A DNA stretch of 56,488 bases from Nanobdellota archaeon (GCA_043825215.1 JBDRSD010000065.1:1-56488); one strand, 5' to 3'; positions 7,583 through 16,528 are shown, numbered from the stretch's first letter. The notes: generated by a model from the sequence alone, not told the origin. Made by a program: numbers and translations.

Positions 7583-9754
7583 ATGGCAAAGATGGTTGAT
7601 AGGGTGATGAAATGCGTGACCAATCCTGTGCAGATTCGAAACATCGCGATCTGCGCGCATATTGATCATGGCAAGACGACTTTTTCTGATAATCTCATCG
7701 CTGGTTGCGGTATGATGTCAGAGGACTTGGCAGGAAAAGCTTTGCAGCTTGACTTTCATGAGGATGAGCAGGCAAGAGGCATCACGATTGATTCGTCAAA
7801 CATCAACATGGTCCACGAGGTCGAGGGAAAGGAATATTTGATAAATCTTATTGATACTCCCGGGCATGTAGATTTCGGCGGTGACGTAACGAGAGCTATG
7901 CGCGCTGTTGATGGTGCAATTGTCCTGTGCTGTGCTGTTGAAGGTATCATGCCGCAGACAGAGACTGTTTTTCGTCAGGCATTGAAAGAAAGGGTGAAGC
8001 CGATCCTGTTCATTAATAAGGTCGACCGCTTGATTAAGGAACTGAAGTTGACTCCTGAGAAGATGCAGGAGCGTTTTGTCAAGATCATCACAAATGTCAA
8101 TAAGCTTATTGAGGATCTTGCAGAGACGGATTACAAGGAGAAGTGGAAAGTGAATGTGCAGGATGGAAGTGTGTGCTTCGGTTCAGCCTTTCACAACTGG
8201 GGACTCTCACTTGATTACATGCAGAAGAAGAACATCACATTCAAGGACATCATTGACGCGTATGAGAATGACACCTGGAAGGAATTGAAGCATAAGGCCC
8301 CGATCCACGAGGTAGTGTTGAACGCTGTCATCAAGCATCATCCGAACCCGATCGAGGCGCAGAAGTACAGGATCCCGAAGATCTGGCATGGGGATCCTGA
8401 GAGCACTCTCGGAAAGAGCCTTCTTGCGTGCGATCCGAAGGGTCCGCTCGCGTTTGTCGTGACAAAGATTGTCATCGATCCCCAGGCAGGGGAGATCAGT
8501 GCCGGCCGTCTCTTCTCAGGAACCGTAAAGAAGGGTGATTCCATCCATCTCAACAGGGCAAAAATCAGCATGCGCTGCCAGCAGATATATATCTATAATG
8601 GAGCGAAGCGCGAGATTGTGGATAACATCCCTGCAGGAAACATCATCGGTATCGGCGGGCTTAAGGGAGCGTATCCAGGAGAGACGGTGACAAATGAGCC
8701 TGACGAGCCGTTTGAGCAGATCACGCATCTCTTTGATCCGGTCATCACAAAGGCTATCGAAGCGAAGAAACCGTCTGATCTTCCGAAGCTCATTGACGTC
8801 CTTATCATGGTAGGAAAGGAAGATCCGAACATTGTCATCGAGATCAATCACGAGACTGGCGAGCATCTCATGTCTGGAATGGGAGAATTGCATCTTGAGG
8901 TCATTGAGAACAGGATTAAGTCTGAGAAGGGTGTTGACATCCAGACAAGTCCGCCGATCGTTGTCTATAGGGAAGCGATCACGAAAAATTCTGGACGTCA
9001 TTTTGAGGGAAAAAGTCCGAACAAGCATAACAAGCTCTATTTTATCGTCGAACCGCTCGCTCCTGAGATGACCAAGGCGATAAAGGAGAAGAAGATTCCT
9101 GAAGGGCGCATGAAAAAGAAGGATCAGGAACTTTGGAAGGCATTGGAAGAAGGAGGCATGGACTCGCAGGAATCAAGGAGGGTGCGTGATGTCTTCAAGG
9201 GCAACATCTTTATAGATGGAACGCGCGGAATTGTGCATATCGGTGAGATCATCGAGATGGTGCTTGACATGTTTGAGGATGTCATGACTAAGGGCCCGAT
9301 AGCGAACGAGCCATGCATCAACGTGAAAGTGACGTTAGATGATGTCAAGCTGCACGAGGATGCCATCCACAGGGGCCCTGCACAGTTGTATCCTGCTGTC
9401 CGCGAGGGTATCAGGGGCGCGATGAGCCAGGCGGGTCCTCTCATGTACGAGCCAGTACAAGTGCTTCTTTTTGAGGCGCCGGTCGCGTTCATGGGAGAGA
9501 TATCAAAGCTTGTCCAGAACAAACGCGGGCAGCTCCTTGACATGACGCAGGAAGGCGAGTTGGTCGAAGTGAAGGCAAAGCTTCCGGTAGGCGAGATGTT
9601 CGGGATTTCAAGCGAGCTCCGAAGCGCGACAGAAGGGCGCGGCTCGTTCTTTGTCATCGACCAGGCCTTTGAGAAGTTACCAGTTGAATTGCAGGACAAG
9701 ATCGTCAGGAATATCAGAGGCAGGAAAGGATTGAAGACTGACGAAGGCGGATAA
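7583..9754 (+). CDS. fusA: Translation elongation factor aEF-2
   Basis: 'AHIDHGKTT', 'DTPGHVDF', 'NKVDR', and the diphthamide loop 'HEDAIHRGPAQ'. Confidence 0.95.
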   Translation: MAKMVDRVMKCVTNPVQIRNIAICAHIDHGKTTFSDNLIAGCGMMSEDLAGKALQLDFHEDEQARGITIDSSNINMVHEVEGKEYLINLIDTPGHVDFGGDVTRAMRAVDGAIVLCCAVEGIMPQTETVFRQALKERVKPILFINKVDRLIKELKLTPEKMQERFVKIITNVNKLIEDLAETDYKEKWKVNVQDGSVCFGSAFHNWGLSLDYMQKKNITFKDIIDAYENDTWKELKHKAPIHEVVLNAVIKHHPNPIEAQKYRIPKIWHGDPESTLGKSLLACDPKGPLAFVVTKIVIDPQAGEISAGRLFSGTVKKGDSIHLNRAKISMRCQQIYIYNGAKREIVDNIPAGNIIGIGGLKGAYPGETVTNEPDEPFEQITHLFDPVITKAIEAKKPSDLPKLIDVLIMVGKEDPNIVIEINHETGEHLMSGMGELHLEVIENRIKSEKGVDIQTSPPIVVYREAITKNSGRHFEGKSPNKHNKLYFIVEPLAPEMTKAIKEKKIPEGRMKKKDQELWKALEEGGMDSQESRRVRDVFKGNIFIDGTRGIVHIGEIIEMVLDMFEDVMTKGPIANEPCINVKVTLDDVKLHEDAIHRGPAQLYPAVREGIRGAMSQAGPLMYEPVQVLLFEAPVAFMGEISKLVQNKRGQLLDMTQEGELVEVKAKLPVGEMFGISSELRSATEGRGSFFVIDQAFEKLPVELQDKIVRNIRGRKGLKTDEGG

Positions 9755-9755
9755 A

Positions 9756-9771
9756 TTTTTTTATCGTTTTT
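9756..9771 (+). terminator. Oligo-T terminator after fusA
   Basis: TTTTTTT and TTTTT runs immediately after the TAA stop. Confidence 0.45.
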
Positions 9772-9857
9772 CTATATTTTCCTGCCTTGTTACTAAGAGA
9801 CTTTTTCAAGAATGGGCAGGTCATCTTCTCGAACGAACTATTCCCCTTTCCGGACCA

Positions 9858-10036
9858 GTGGTTCGTCGGACATATCTCCCGCATCTGATCCCAGCGCTCA
9901 CGCGCTGGATTAACCCTACTGCAATCGCGCAGGAACTAAACGCCAACGTCGTTGGCGGCCAGTCCCTTGCCTTTGGCAAGGGTTATTCGCGTGCATTGCA
10001 CGAGAAGTGGGGCGGGAGTAAGTCCTCCCTGTCCGT
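9858..10036 (-). ncRNA. Copy C (full-length) of the family-1 structured RNA-like element
   Basis: Read on the minus strand, a long-range helix CTCCCGC (10012-10018) / GCGGGAG (9876-9882) encloses a chain of hairpins: CGTGCA-AUG.., CCCTTGCC-AAA-GGCAAGGG, GCCAACG-AC-GTTGGC and CCAGCGC-GTGA-GCGCTGG (9891-9908). GNRA loops appear only in this orientation. Confidence 0.6.
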
Positions 10037-10078
10037 CTACGATTTTAACTCGAGTTATGGTTCTTACCGAGAAAATGA

Positions 10079-11710
10079 TTATCTTTTGCTTCGTCTAAAT
10101 CCCTTTAAGTATTGGCTGAACTGTCTTGTCATGCGCATGCGTATTTCGTATCCTTGATCCTTCAGGTAGTGAAGTGCAGTCTCTGTTTCTGAAACGAGCA
10201 TTGGGCCTCGGAGTTGATCATTCCACGGCAGGTGTTCTGCGTGGAGTTTCTTTTCATTTCCGTAAGTAGGGTGGATTCTATAGAGGTTTATCACATGTTC
10301 TTTTTTTTGTGTGTGATGGTGGAGTTCCACGAGGAGTATCTTTCCTTTGTGTTTTCCGTCAAGTATTTTTTCGAGAGTGGTTTGTTTTCTTTTCTTCGTG
10401 AGCTTGAATCCGACAAGAAGCATCTCTGTATCGTCCATGTAGGGAAGGCCGTCTTTTGGGAATATCTCTGTCATCTCGTATCCATGGGCATCGCTGAGTT
10501 TTGCGACGAGTTCTCTGCAGAGGGCGTATTGGTCGTCTGTCTGGTAGGCAGGCGTTGTTCCCCCCCTTCCCTGTGCGACACGGATTCTTTCTCGGATAGC
10601 ATCATTGAGCGTCACGAACACGACTGCTTCATCCTTCAGGTGATGGGTGATGAGTTCTGTGAGTGTCTCTTTTCTCTCTTCACACCAGCCGCCGACATAG
10701 TCGAGGAAGGCAAGGTTGAATCGCATATCATAGTATGTCTTGAGCGCATCAAGAATCGGCCCGTGGTGAAGGCGTAGCCTTTTGAAGATCTCACCCCCAG
10801 AAATTTCATCGCAATGAATAATGATGGAGTGCATGTAGTCTGCGACTTTCGGATCAATCTCTGCTGCAAGGCTCTGACAAGAATCAACCTGAAAGTTCTT
10901 TGTAATCTTAATGTAGTCGATGAAGTTTGCGGAAGGAAGGCCTACATACGACAAGTCTTTCGCGCCTGGCAAGTGGCGTTCGATTGCTTTGTTGAGTTCC
11001 TCTCTGGCAAGTCTCTTGTAGGGCCCGTTCCAGTGCTTAGTTCCGACCAGTTGCATCTGTACAAGTGTATCGATGCTTTTAATGGCTTGACGGACATATT
11101 CCTTTCCCAAAACACCAAAGTCGCTGACAAATTTTTTCACTGTGGAACTTCGCAATCGCATCCTGCTCGATATGTCTGACACCTCTAATCCGTCAGAGAT
11201 GGAGTTTCTGATGGTGTCTCTGACTGCATTATCGCTTGGGTTGTCGGGGGAGGAAAAGTATCCCACTTTTCTCCAGTATTCGTACCAGGGTCCAAAGAGA
11301 CTGATGATCTCTCTTGCGGAAGGGACATCGCCATGTCTTTTCGCAGTTCTTCTGAATCTGTCCCATTCTTCTGTAGTTATTGGTGCACTGAATGTCCGGC
11401 CAAGTTCGAGTATGTTTTGTCGGTAGACGCGTTGCTGCCATCTGGTTTTTTTGGAGATACGAGATGGCACTTCAAGAAGTTCTTCTAATGGTTCTTCCTT
11501 TTTCTCGACTGGTTCCTCTCTTGCTTTTCTTTTCGATTCTTTGATGATTGTCTCTGTGAAGTATCCAGCTTGAGTGAGAATCGCTTCGATCTGTTCCTTT
11601 GTCAGGGTATCATCGATATCATATCCGAGATCAAGAGCATAGGAATGGATCTCAGAGAGGGATATGCCCTGCTGTTCAGAAACCCTATAGATACTCGTCG
11701 TCCTGGGCAT
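10079..11710 (-). CDS. Hypothetical 543-aa protein (last gene of island 1)
   Basis: The N-terminal third has 'VPSAREIISLFGPWYEYWRKVGY', resembling the homing-endonuclease-associated HTH repeat (..FGSW..A...G). The C-terminal half has weak Rossmann/methyltransferase-like strand motifs ('DLSYVGLPSANF', 'NLAFLDYVGGW'). No confident family. Confidence 0.55.
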   Translation of the reverse strand: MPRTTSIYRVSEQQGISLSEIHSYALDLGYDIDDTLTKEQIEAILTQAGYFTETIIKESKRKAREEPVEKKEEPLEELLEVPSRISKKTRWQQRVYRQNILELGRTFSAPITTEEWDRFRRTAKRHGDVPSAREIISLFGPWYEYWRKVGYFSSPDNPSDNAVRDTIRNSISDGLEVSDISSRMRLRSSTVKKFVSDFGVLGKEYVRQAIKSIDTLVQMQLVGTKHWNGPYKRLAREELNKAIERHLPGAKDLSYVGLPSANFIDYIKITKNFQVDSCQSLAAEIDPKVADYMHSIIIHCDEISGGEIFKRLRLHHGPILDALKTYYDMRFNLAFLDYVGGWCEERKETLTELITHHLKDEAVVFVTLNDAIRERIRVAQGRGGTTPAYQTDDQYALCRELVAKLSDAHGYEMTEIFPKDGLPYMDDTEMLLVGFKLTKKRKQTTLEKILDGKHKGKILLVELHHHTQKKEHVINLYRIHPTYGNEKKLHAEHLPWNDQLRGPMLVSETETALHYLKDQGYEIRMRMTRQFSQYLKGFRRSKR

Positions 11711-11715
11711 TGGTC

Positions 11716-13029
11716 TTACTTTCTTTTTCTTCGGGTCAGCGTCGCCTCACAGCCGCGTACCTGGTAGTTTTCCCAGCCACGCTTTGCCATTGCTGCATAG
11801 AATGCATCTCTTGATTCTGCATCTTTTTTCACTGCACTAGGTATCACGCCAAGCTCGCGGAGGACTTCTCTCTTCTCGACGAGGTACTTGTCTGTTGCCG
11901 ACATTCCTGAATCTGCAGTTTCGCGAGGGGACTTATGTGCTTTTTTCTCGTATGCGAGATGCCAGCAATGGATTGCCCTGCCATCAATACCTTTTGCATG
12001 GAGATTTTTATATGCTTCTTCATGGGTTTTTCCTGATTCACGAAGAGTTGCATAAGTGCTAGAACCGATCGATTTTTCTCGGGTTCTTTTTCCTGATGTT
12101 GTTTTCCGAAGAACCTTTTCAAATCCCTGCCTGTATCCGTGGACTACTCTGCCGTTGATGCCTGCCGCCTTGAATTGTTCCATGATGGTCGCATGGTCGA
12201 CGCCCTGTTCTCTCAGTCCTTTGTATCCATCATATCTGGTATCGAGTTCTGATTGTTCAGGCGCATCTTGGACAGTGTCGTCGATTGTTGATTCTTGCGT
12301 CAGTTTTTCATGGGTAAAGTAAAGAGCCATATGAAGGCCTATCTTTGCTTGGGCAAATGTCTTGGGATGCGATGATCTCAGGTCGTCAACTATTGCAATG
12401 CCCAGCTCGCGTGCAATCTTCCTGTTCTCGACGGGGATACTGACTGCGACAAGATCCTCTCCATACACTGTCTCTTGTGCCCTGGTTTTGATCTCCATAA
12501 CCTTGAGGCTTTTGGCAACAGCCTTGACTGTGTAGTTGAAGAGGTCTGCTTCAGAGCGTCCTTCTTTGGTATGGCTTCCCTTGTAGACGGGAAGAAGCAC
12601 AGCAACCTGGCTGTCGCTTACCACAGTCACCAGATCAAGGTCCAAGGGCTGGACTGTCTCGATATCCTGTTTTGCAGAAAAGTATTTCTTTCCGATCCGC
12701 CTCACAAGTTCTTGCATATGCGCTGCCGCGGCTTCTTTGACTTTATCTGGCGCGTGTTGCAGGGTTTGCACGTATTCTTCTGAGGTGTAGTAGTGGTATG
12801 CCTCGATATCCTGTTGATGCCCTGTTTCCACCCTCTCGATTATTGCGAGCTTTTCAAGCGTGCGCGTGGATGCGATCCCTCGTTCCTTGAGCGCTTCTGC
12901 CTGCTTCTTGAGTTCTTTCATCATTGCGCGTTCAGTCTTTTGGTCGATTTTCTTGTTGATCGCATCGTATGCGTCTTGTCGTTCTGTTTCAAGCTTTGTT
13001 ATGATGTCATTGACGGACATGTGTTTCAC
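11716..13029 (-). CDS. Hypothetical 437-aa protein with three C-terminal tandem ~40-aa repeats
   Basis: The repeats are 'YKGLREQGVDHATIMEQFKAAGINGRVVHGYRQGFEKV', 'YATLRESGKTHEEAYKNLHAKGIDGRAIHCWHLAYEKK' and a degenerate third. There is a coiled-coil-like N-terminus. Gaps to the neighbouring genes are 26 nt (upstream) and 5 nt (downstream). Confidence 0.6.
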   Translation of the reverse strand: MKHMSVNDIITKLETERQDAYDAINKKIDQKTERAMMKELKKQAEALKERGIASTRTLEKLAIIERVETGHQQDIEAYHYYTSEEYVQTLQHAPDKVKEAAAAHMQELVRRIGKKYFSAKQDIETVQPLDLDLVTVVSDSQVAVLLPVYKGSHTKEGRSEADLFNYTVKAVAKSLKVMEIKTRAQETVYGEDLVAVSIPVENRKIARELGIAIVDDLRSSHPKTFAQAKIGLHMALYFTHEKLTQESTIDDTVQDAPEQSELDTRYDGYKGLREQGVDHATIMEQFKAAGINGRVVHGYRQGFEKVLRKTTSGKRTREKSIGSSTYATLRESGKTHEEAYKNLHAKGIDGRAIHCWHLAYEKKAHKSPRETADSGMSATDKYLVEKREVLRELGVIPSAVKKDAESRDAFYAAMAKRGWENYQVRGCEATLTRRKRK

Positions 13030-13055
13030 CCTTATTTGTTTTCTTCATCTCTTTT

Positions 13056-14672
13056 TTATCGGACTATGCCTAATGCTTTGAGCGTGCTATTATAGATTGT
13101 CAGGAAGACCTCTTGCTGGCGTTGGAGCAGTGTCTGGACAGGAAATTCAGGATTCTTGTCTGTCATGAGCTTTCCTTCGAGCCCTGATATCTCTTTTGCG
13201 AGGATTTCTGCATTGTAGCGCTCGCGTTCCTGGTCAGTGCCATTGGTATGCCTCCTTTCGTAGTCTGGATGCGCTGTGTTGACGCGCAAAAGCCCGTATC
13301 CGGTGTCAAGGATGCTGTGGAGCCCTCGTTCAGGTCCATGGAATTCCTCGTGGAGTGGCTTGAAAGGGAGCCTGCCCTTGGGAGGTTCTCTTGGCGAGTC
13401 AGTGCGTGGATTGGGGGTCCTGTTGATGTCTCGGATGAGCTTCTTTCCTATTTTTTTCTTTTCTGTGATACCTTGTTCTGTCCGTACAAGATCCCAATCG
13501 ATAAGTTCTAACAGGTGTTTCAGGTCGTATGCCTTGAGGAGAGCATTCATGACCTTGTAGGTGATCTCATTGTCTCTATTTCTTGATGTGAATCTCGCAT
13601 TTTCTCTGATGGCTTCGCACATGTCTGGCACAATGTCTGCTTTGACATGGTTTGCAAAGTCCCTGAAGCGGTCATTGTCGCTGATTGCCATGCGCTGGGG
13701 GTCAAGTATGGTCAGGTATCCTTTGGTGTTTGTCGGGTGGGGCCAGACGTTGATGAATCCGTAGAACTTGCCGACTTTTGGCGAGAAGGGGTTCTGGAAT
13801 TTTGTATCCACTCCTTTGAGTTCGTTGATGACTTCCATGAGCTCTTCGTTTTGGTTGAGGTTTCCGATGACCCGGACATCCTGGATGTGGAGTGCGATCT
13901 TTTCGTTGGTGCCGTTCGGGTTCATCCAGAGATGTGCATGGATGGTTCCATAGCTTGTCTCGATTGTCTTGTCAATGACTAGATAGCATTGCACGCCGTG
14001 TATTGCAGGGTCATCATAGTATGGTGCCATGACTTCTGTCTCTTTTGCAGTCTTTCCTCTCTTTCCCCTGTATTTGATGGTGATTTCCGGAGAACGTATT
14101 CCTTCTCGCACGAAAAGCGGTGCATAAGTCTCGCTGAGGAATTCTGCGATCTTTTTTGGTATGAATTTCTGCTCGAAAGTCTTGGCATCGATGCCGTCAA
14201 TCATCACTTCCACGCCGTGGCGGAATCGCCGGTCAGGATCGAAATCGTCAAGCGCGATGTCATCAAGTGATTCCCAGCCTTTTTCAAAGAGCTTTATCCG
14301 AGAATACTGGCTTTCTGACCCGTCCAGTGGTCTTGTTGTTATCATGCAGCTTTCTGCAAAGGTCTGGTAGGCATGCAGTCCGAATTGCTGAAATCCTATC
14401 TTTGTCGGGTCGTGCCTTTTTTTGGAGAGGCCGAATTCTTCAGGTATTGCATACAGTTCCCTATGATGCATTCCAGGACCGTTATCTGTGAGGATGATTC
14501 TCCCGCTCTCCTTGTCTAGGAGGATGTGTATTCTCATGCGTTCATCAGTATGAGTTCTCTCGTCGAGTGAGTTGGATACGTATTCCTTGAGTGCGAGGTA
14601 GGGGTTCTGGAACCGTGCAGTCCTGCTGATCGTGAATGCTTCGTCTCCTATCTTGTATGGTCTCATGGTCAT
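13056..14672 (-). CDS. GHKL-superfamily (Hsp90/MORC-like) ATPase, island-1 paralog
   Basis: N-box 'EYVSNSLDE', G1 'LTDNGPGM', G2 'DPTKIGFQQFGLHAY', and C-terminal 'RVNTAHP', which is shared with the 576-aa GHKL at 25198-26928. Its start overlaps the upstream stop (TAATG). Confidence 0.75.
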   Translation of the reverse strand: MTMRPYKIGDEAFTISRTARFQNPYLALKEYVSNSLDERTHTDERMRIHILLDKESGRIILTDNGPGMHHRELYAIPEEFGLSKKRHDPTKIGFQQFGLHAYQTFAESCMITTRPLDGSESQYSRIKLFEKGWESLDDIALDDFDPDRRFRHGVEVMIDGIDAKTFEQKFIPKKIAEFLSETYAPLFVREGIRSPEITIKYRGKRGKTAKETEVMAPYYDDPAIHGVQCYLVIDKTIETSYGTIHAHLWMNPNGTNEKIALHIQDVRVIGNLNQNEELMEVINELKGVDTKFQNPFSPKVGKFYGFINVWPHPTNTKGYLTILDPQRMAISDNDRFRDFANHVKADIVPDMCEAIRENARFTSRNRDNEITYKVMNALLKAYDLKHLLELIDWDLVRTEQGITEKKKIGKKLIRDINRTPNPRTDSPREPPKGRLPFKPLHEEFHGPERGLHSILDTGYGLLRVNTAHPDYERRHTNGTDQERERYNAEILAKEISGLEGKLMTDKNPEFPVQTLLQRQQEVFLTIYNSTLKALGIVR

Positions 14673-15433
14673 TATTTCACCTTGTGTGGTCCGTTTTCAA
14701 GCTTGACTCGCGTGTCATAGATATGGAATTCTCTTTGCAGTTCTTCTGATGTCTTATGGATGGTCTGGAGGAGGTAGATGAGGTCTCCAAGATCTTTTTT
14801 TGGAAGTGCTTCTTGCAGTTTTTTCCGTCTCGCTTCTGATAAGGCAGGGAGGGAGAGGAGACTATAGGCAAGGTTGTACACGTTATGTACCATCATGCGC
14901 ACATATTCTTCTGGATTATGTGAGGTCATCTTATTGAATTCTTCTGGAGTCTTCACTTGCGGGCCTTTAAGGTATGCGTCAATGCCTTGCAGGAGCGCGC
15001 CGAGTATTTCTCTTGTCTGTTGCAGTGCTTCGGTTCTTGGTGCTTGATAGGTATCGCTTTGTACAGTTGCTTCCAGCGGGGATTCAGGTTCATTTCCTAG
15101 AAGCGGATGTTTTGAGAGTGGAAATTGTTTCACTAATTTTTGGGCTTCTGGCGAATCATAGGGCAGGTTTGCTCGCTCACTCCACGTACTTGGGTGAAGC
15201 AGGGGATCCCTTGTTAATGAATAAATTTTGTCTCGGGTTTTGCAGGGGACATATATCGGATGACTTCCTTCGCGATACAGTTTAGATATTGTAAAATGTG
15301 AAAGGCCTGAAACTCTTGCTGCTTCTGCATAGGTGAATTTAGGATCACCTTTTTGCATGGTATCAAACCATTCTTGAAAGCGTACTGAGAGGATATTCTT
15401 TCTGGCTTTTTGTGATTTTGGCTTTCGTTTCAT
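14672..15433 (-). CDS. HTH-domain protein (first gene of island 1)
   Basis: N-terminal 'KFTYAEAARVSGLSHFTISKLYREG' fits a helix-turn-helix. The rest of the protein is unknown. Confidence 0.6.
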   Translation of the reverse strand: MKRKPKSQKARKNILSVRFQEWFDTMQKGDPKFTYAEAARVSGLSHFTISKLYREGSHPIYVPCKTRDKIYSLTRDPLLHPSTWSERANLPYDSPEAQKLVKQFPLSKHPLLGNEPESPLEATVQSDTYQAPRTEALQQTREILGALLQGIDAYLKGPQVKTPEEFNKMTSHNPEEYVRMMVHNVYNLAYSLLSLPALSEARRKKLQEALPKKDLGDLIYLLQTIHKTSEELQREFHIYDTRVKLENGPHKVK

Positions 15434-15597
15434 AGTGCTAAACCGTTATCTCTCTAGTATAGTCTTCACTCCCCTCTTTTGACATATAGAGAAGTCTATT
15501 GGTATTTTTAAACTTTATTGATATTATCCACTTATAAATGGTAAATTCAAGCATGTTCGGCAAGAGAGCACCCAAATCCGAAAGCGAATACTCTTGA

Positions 15598-15785
15598 GGT
15601 TCGAAATGTGCGCCGGACTTTCCTCCCGCGACCTGACACCAGCCCTCCCGGGCTGGAATAATCCTCGCATTCGCGAGGAACGAAACACCAATCAAAGATT
15701 GGCGGCCAATCCCTTGCTTTCGCAAGGGTTGATTGCGTGCATTGCACGAGAATCGGGCGGGAGCAAATCATCCCCTCCTCCAACC
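15598..15785 (-). ncRNA. Copy D (full-length) of the family-1 structured RNA-like element
   Basis: Minus-strand reading: long-range helix CTCCCGC (15757-15763) / GCGGGAG (15623-15629). Hairpins are CGTGCA.., CCCTTGC-GAAA-GCAAGGG, CCAATC-TTT-GATTGG, CCTCGC-GAAT-GCGAGG and CCAGCCC-GGGA-GGGCTGG (15639-15656). That last stem carries a compensatory G-C/C-G swap relative to copies A, B and C. Confidence 0.6.
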
Positions 15786-15823
15786 AAAAAACATTAAATG
15801 TGAAGCATATCATTGCGTATAGA

Positions 15824-16528
15824 ATGGAAAAGGAACTAGAGAATATCGGCCTCACCCCTATTGAAGCAAAGATCTATCTTGCATTGATCGACCTTGGCCG
15901 CACGCAGGCAGGCGTGCTTTCCAGAAAGACAGGCATCCATAGGAGAAGCATCTATGACGCACTTGACAGGCTGATTGAGAAAGGTATCGTCTCCTATATT
16001 GTAGAGAATAATAAGAGGTATTATATTCCCTCGCACCCGGATGTGTTAAAGGCGATAGCTGATCGCATGCATGGAGAAGTGACAGGAACAATAGATATTC
16101 TCTCCCAGCGATATTCGCTTGAGAAGGAGCGCCAGGAGACTGTATTCTACCGCGGCAAGCAGGGTATCAGGTCTGTCTTTGATGATCAGATCGTGCATAA
16201 GGAACCAGTCTATGTCATCGGCGGAAGGAGGGAGGCTGCAGACATCATGCAATTCTATCTAAAACACTACACTCGAGACAGGATAACACATAACATCAAG
16301 CTTTTCCTTCTCGTGTCTGGAACGACATTGTCCGATAAGATCCCACTCTCAGAAATCCGATACCTTCCTGAGAATTATTTCGGCCTTGTCGCAACAAACA
16401 TCTGGGCAGACAGGGTTGCAATCATCATCTGGCGGGAGAATCCTGCATGCATTCTCATAAAGGACAAGGAGGTCGCAGACTCCTACATGAATTATTTCAA
16501 GATGCTGTGGAAACTCGGGAAGAAGTAA
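15824..16528 (+). CDS. TrmB-family transcriptional regulator
   Basis: 'LENIGLTPIEAKIYLALIDLGRTQAGVLSRKTGIHRRSIYDALDRLIEKGIVSY' winged-helix N-terminus. Internal ATG at 15824; the longer ORF overlaps RNA copy D. Confidence 0.8.
   Translation: MEKELENIGLTPIEAKIYLALIDLGRTQAGVLSRKTGIHRRSIYDALDRLIEKGIVSYIVENNKRYYIPSHPDVLKAIADRMHGEVTGTIDILSQRYSLEKERQETVFYRGKQGIRSVFDDQIVHKEPVYVIGGRREAADIMQFYLKHYTRDRITHNIKLFLLVSGTTLSDKIPLSEIRYLPENYFGLVATNIWADRVAIIIWRENPACILIKDKEVADSYMNYFKMLWKLGKK

Noticed and set aside
9781-9822. CCTGCC...GGCAGGTC hairpin after fusA sharing an 8-mer with the 49.8-kb RNA; also a GGTCGCGG 8-mer at ~18610
   Set aside because: Isolated 6-8-mers are expected by chance in 2 x 56 kb. The long 27-nt loop argues against a real structure, and the site is more simply part of the fusA terminator region.
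15598-15640. RNase P RNA, because the minus strand of copy D reads GGGAGGAAAGTCCGG (CR-I-like)
   Set aside because: The match is not conserved in copies A, B or C (GAGATATGTCC, GGAAAGGAC). It lies near the 3' end rather than the 5' end of the element. I find no CR-IV/CR-V (ACAGAA..GGCTTA) partner anywhere nearby.
15620-15660. SRP RNA helix-8 resemblance (GTCAGGTCGCGGGAGGAAAG versus 4.5S GUCAGGUCCGGAAGGAAGCAG); the same was considered for 49836-49860
   Set aside because: The GNAR tetraloop and AGCA internal-loop geometry cannot be drawn. GCGGGAG instead pairs with a distal CTCCCGC in both full copies. Only a covariance-model search can settle it.
15631-15665. Hammerhead-like core on the plus strand (CUGACAC-stem-GAAU)
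   Set aside because: Core positions G8/A9 and A14/A15.1 are wrong. The other copies deviate further, and the GNRA loops favour the opposite strand.
15438-15855. 95-aa and 102-aa minus ORFs, and the 5' extension of the TrmB ORF
   Set aside because: They overlap RNA-element copy D and the promoter region. The TrmB homology starts only at ATG 15824.
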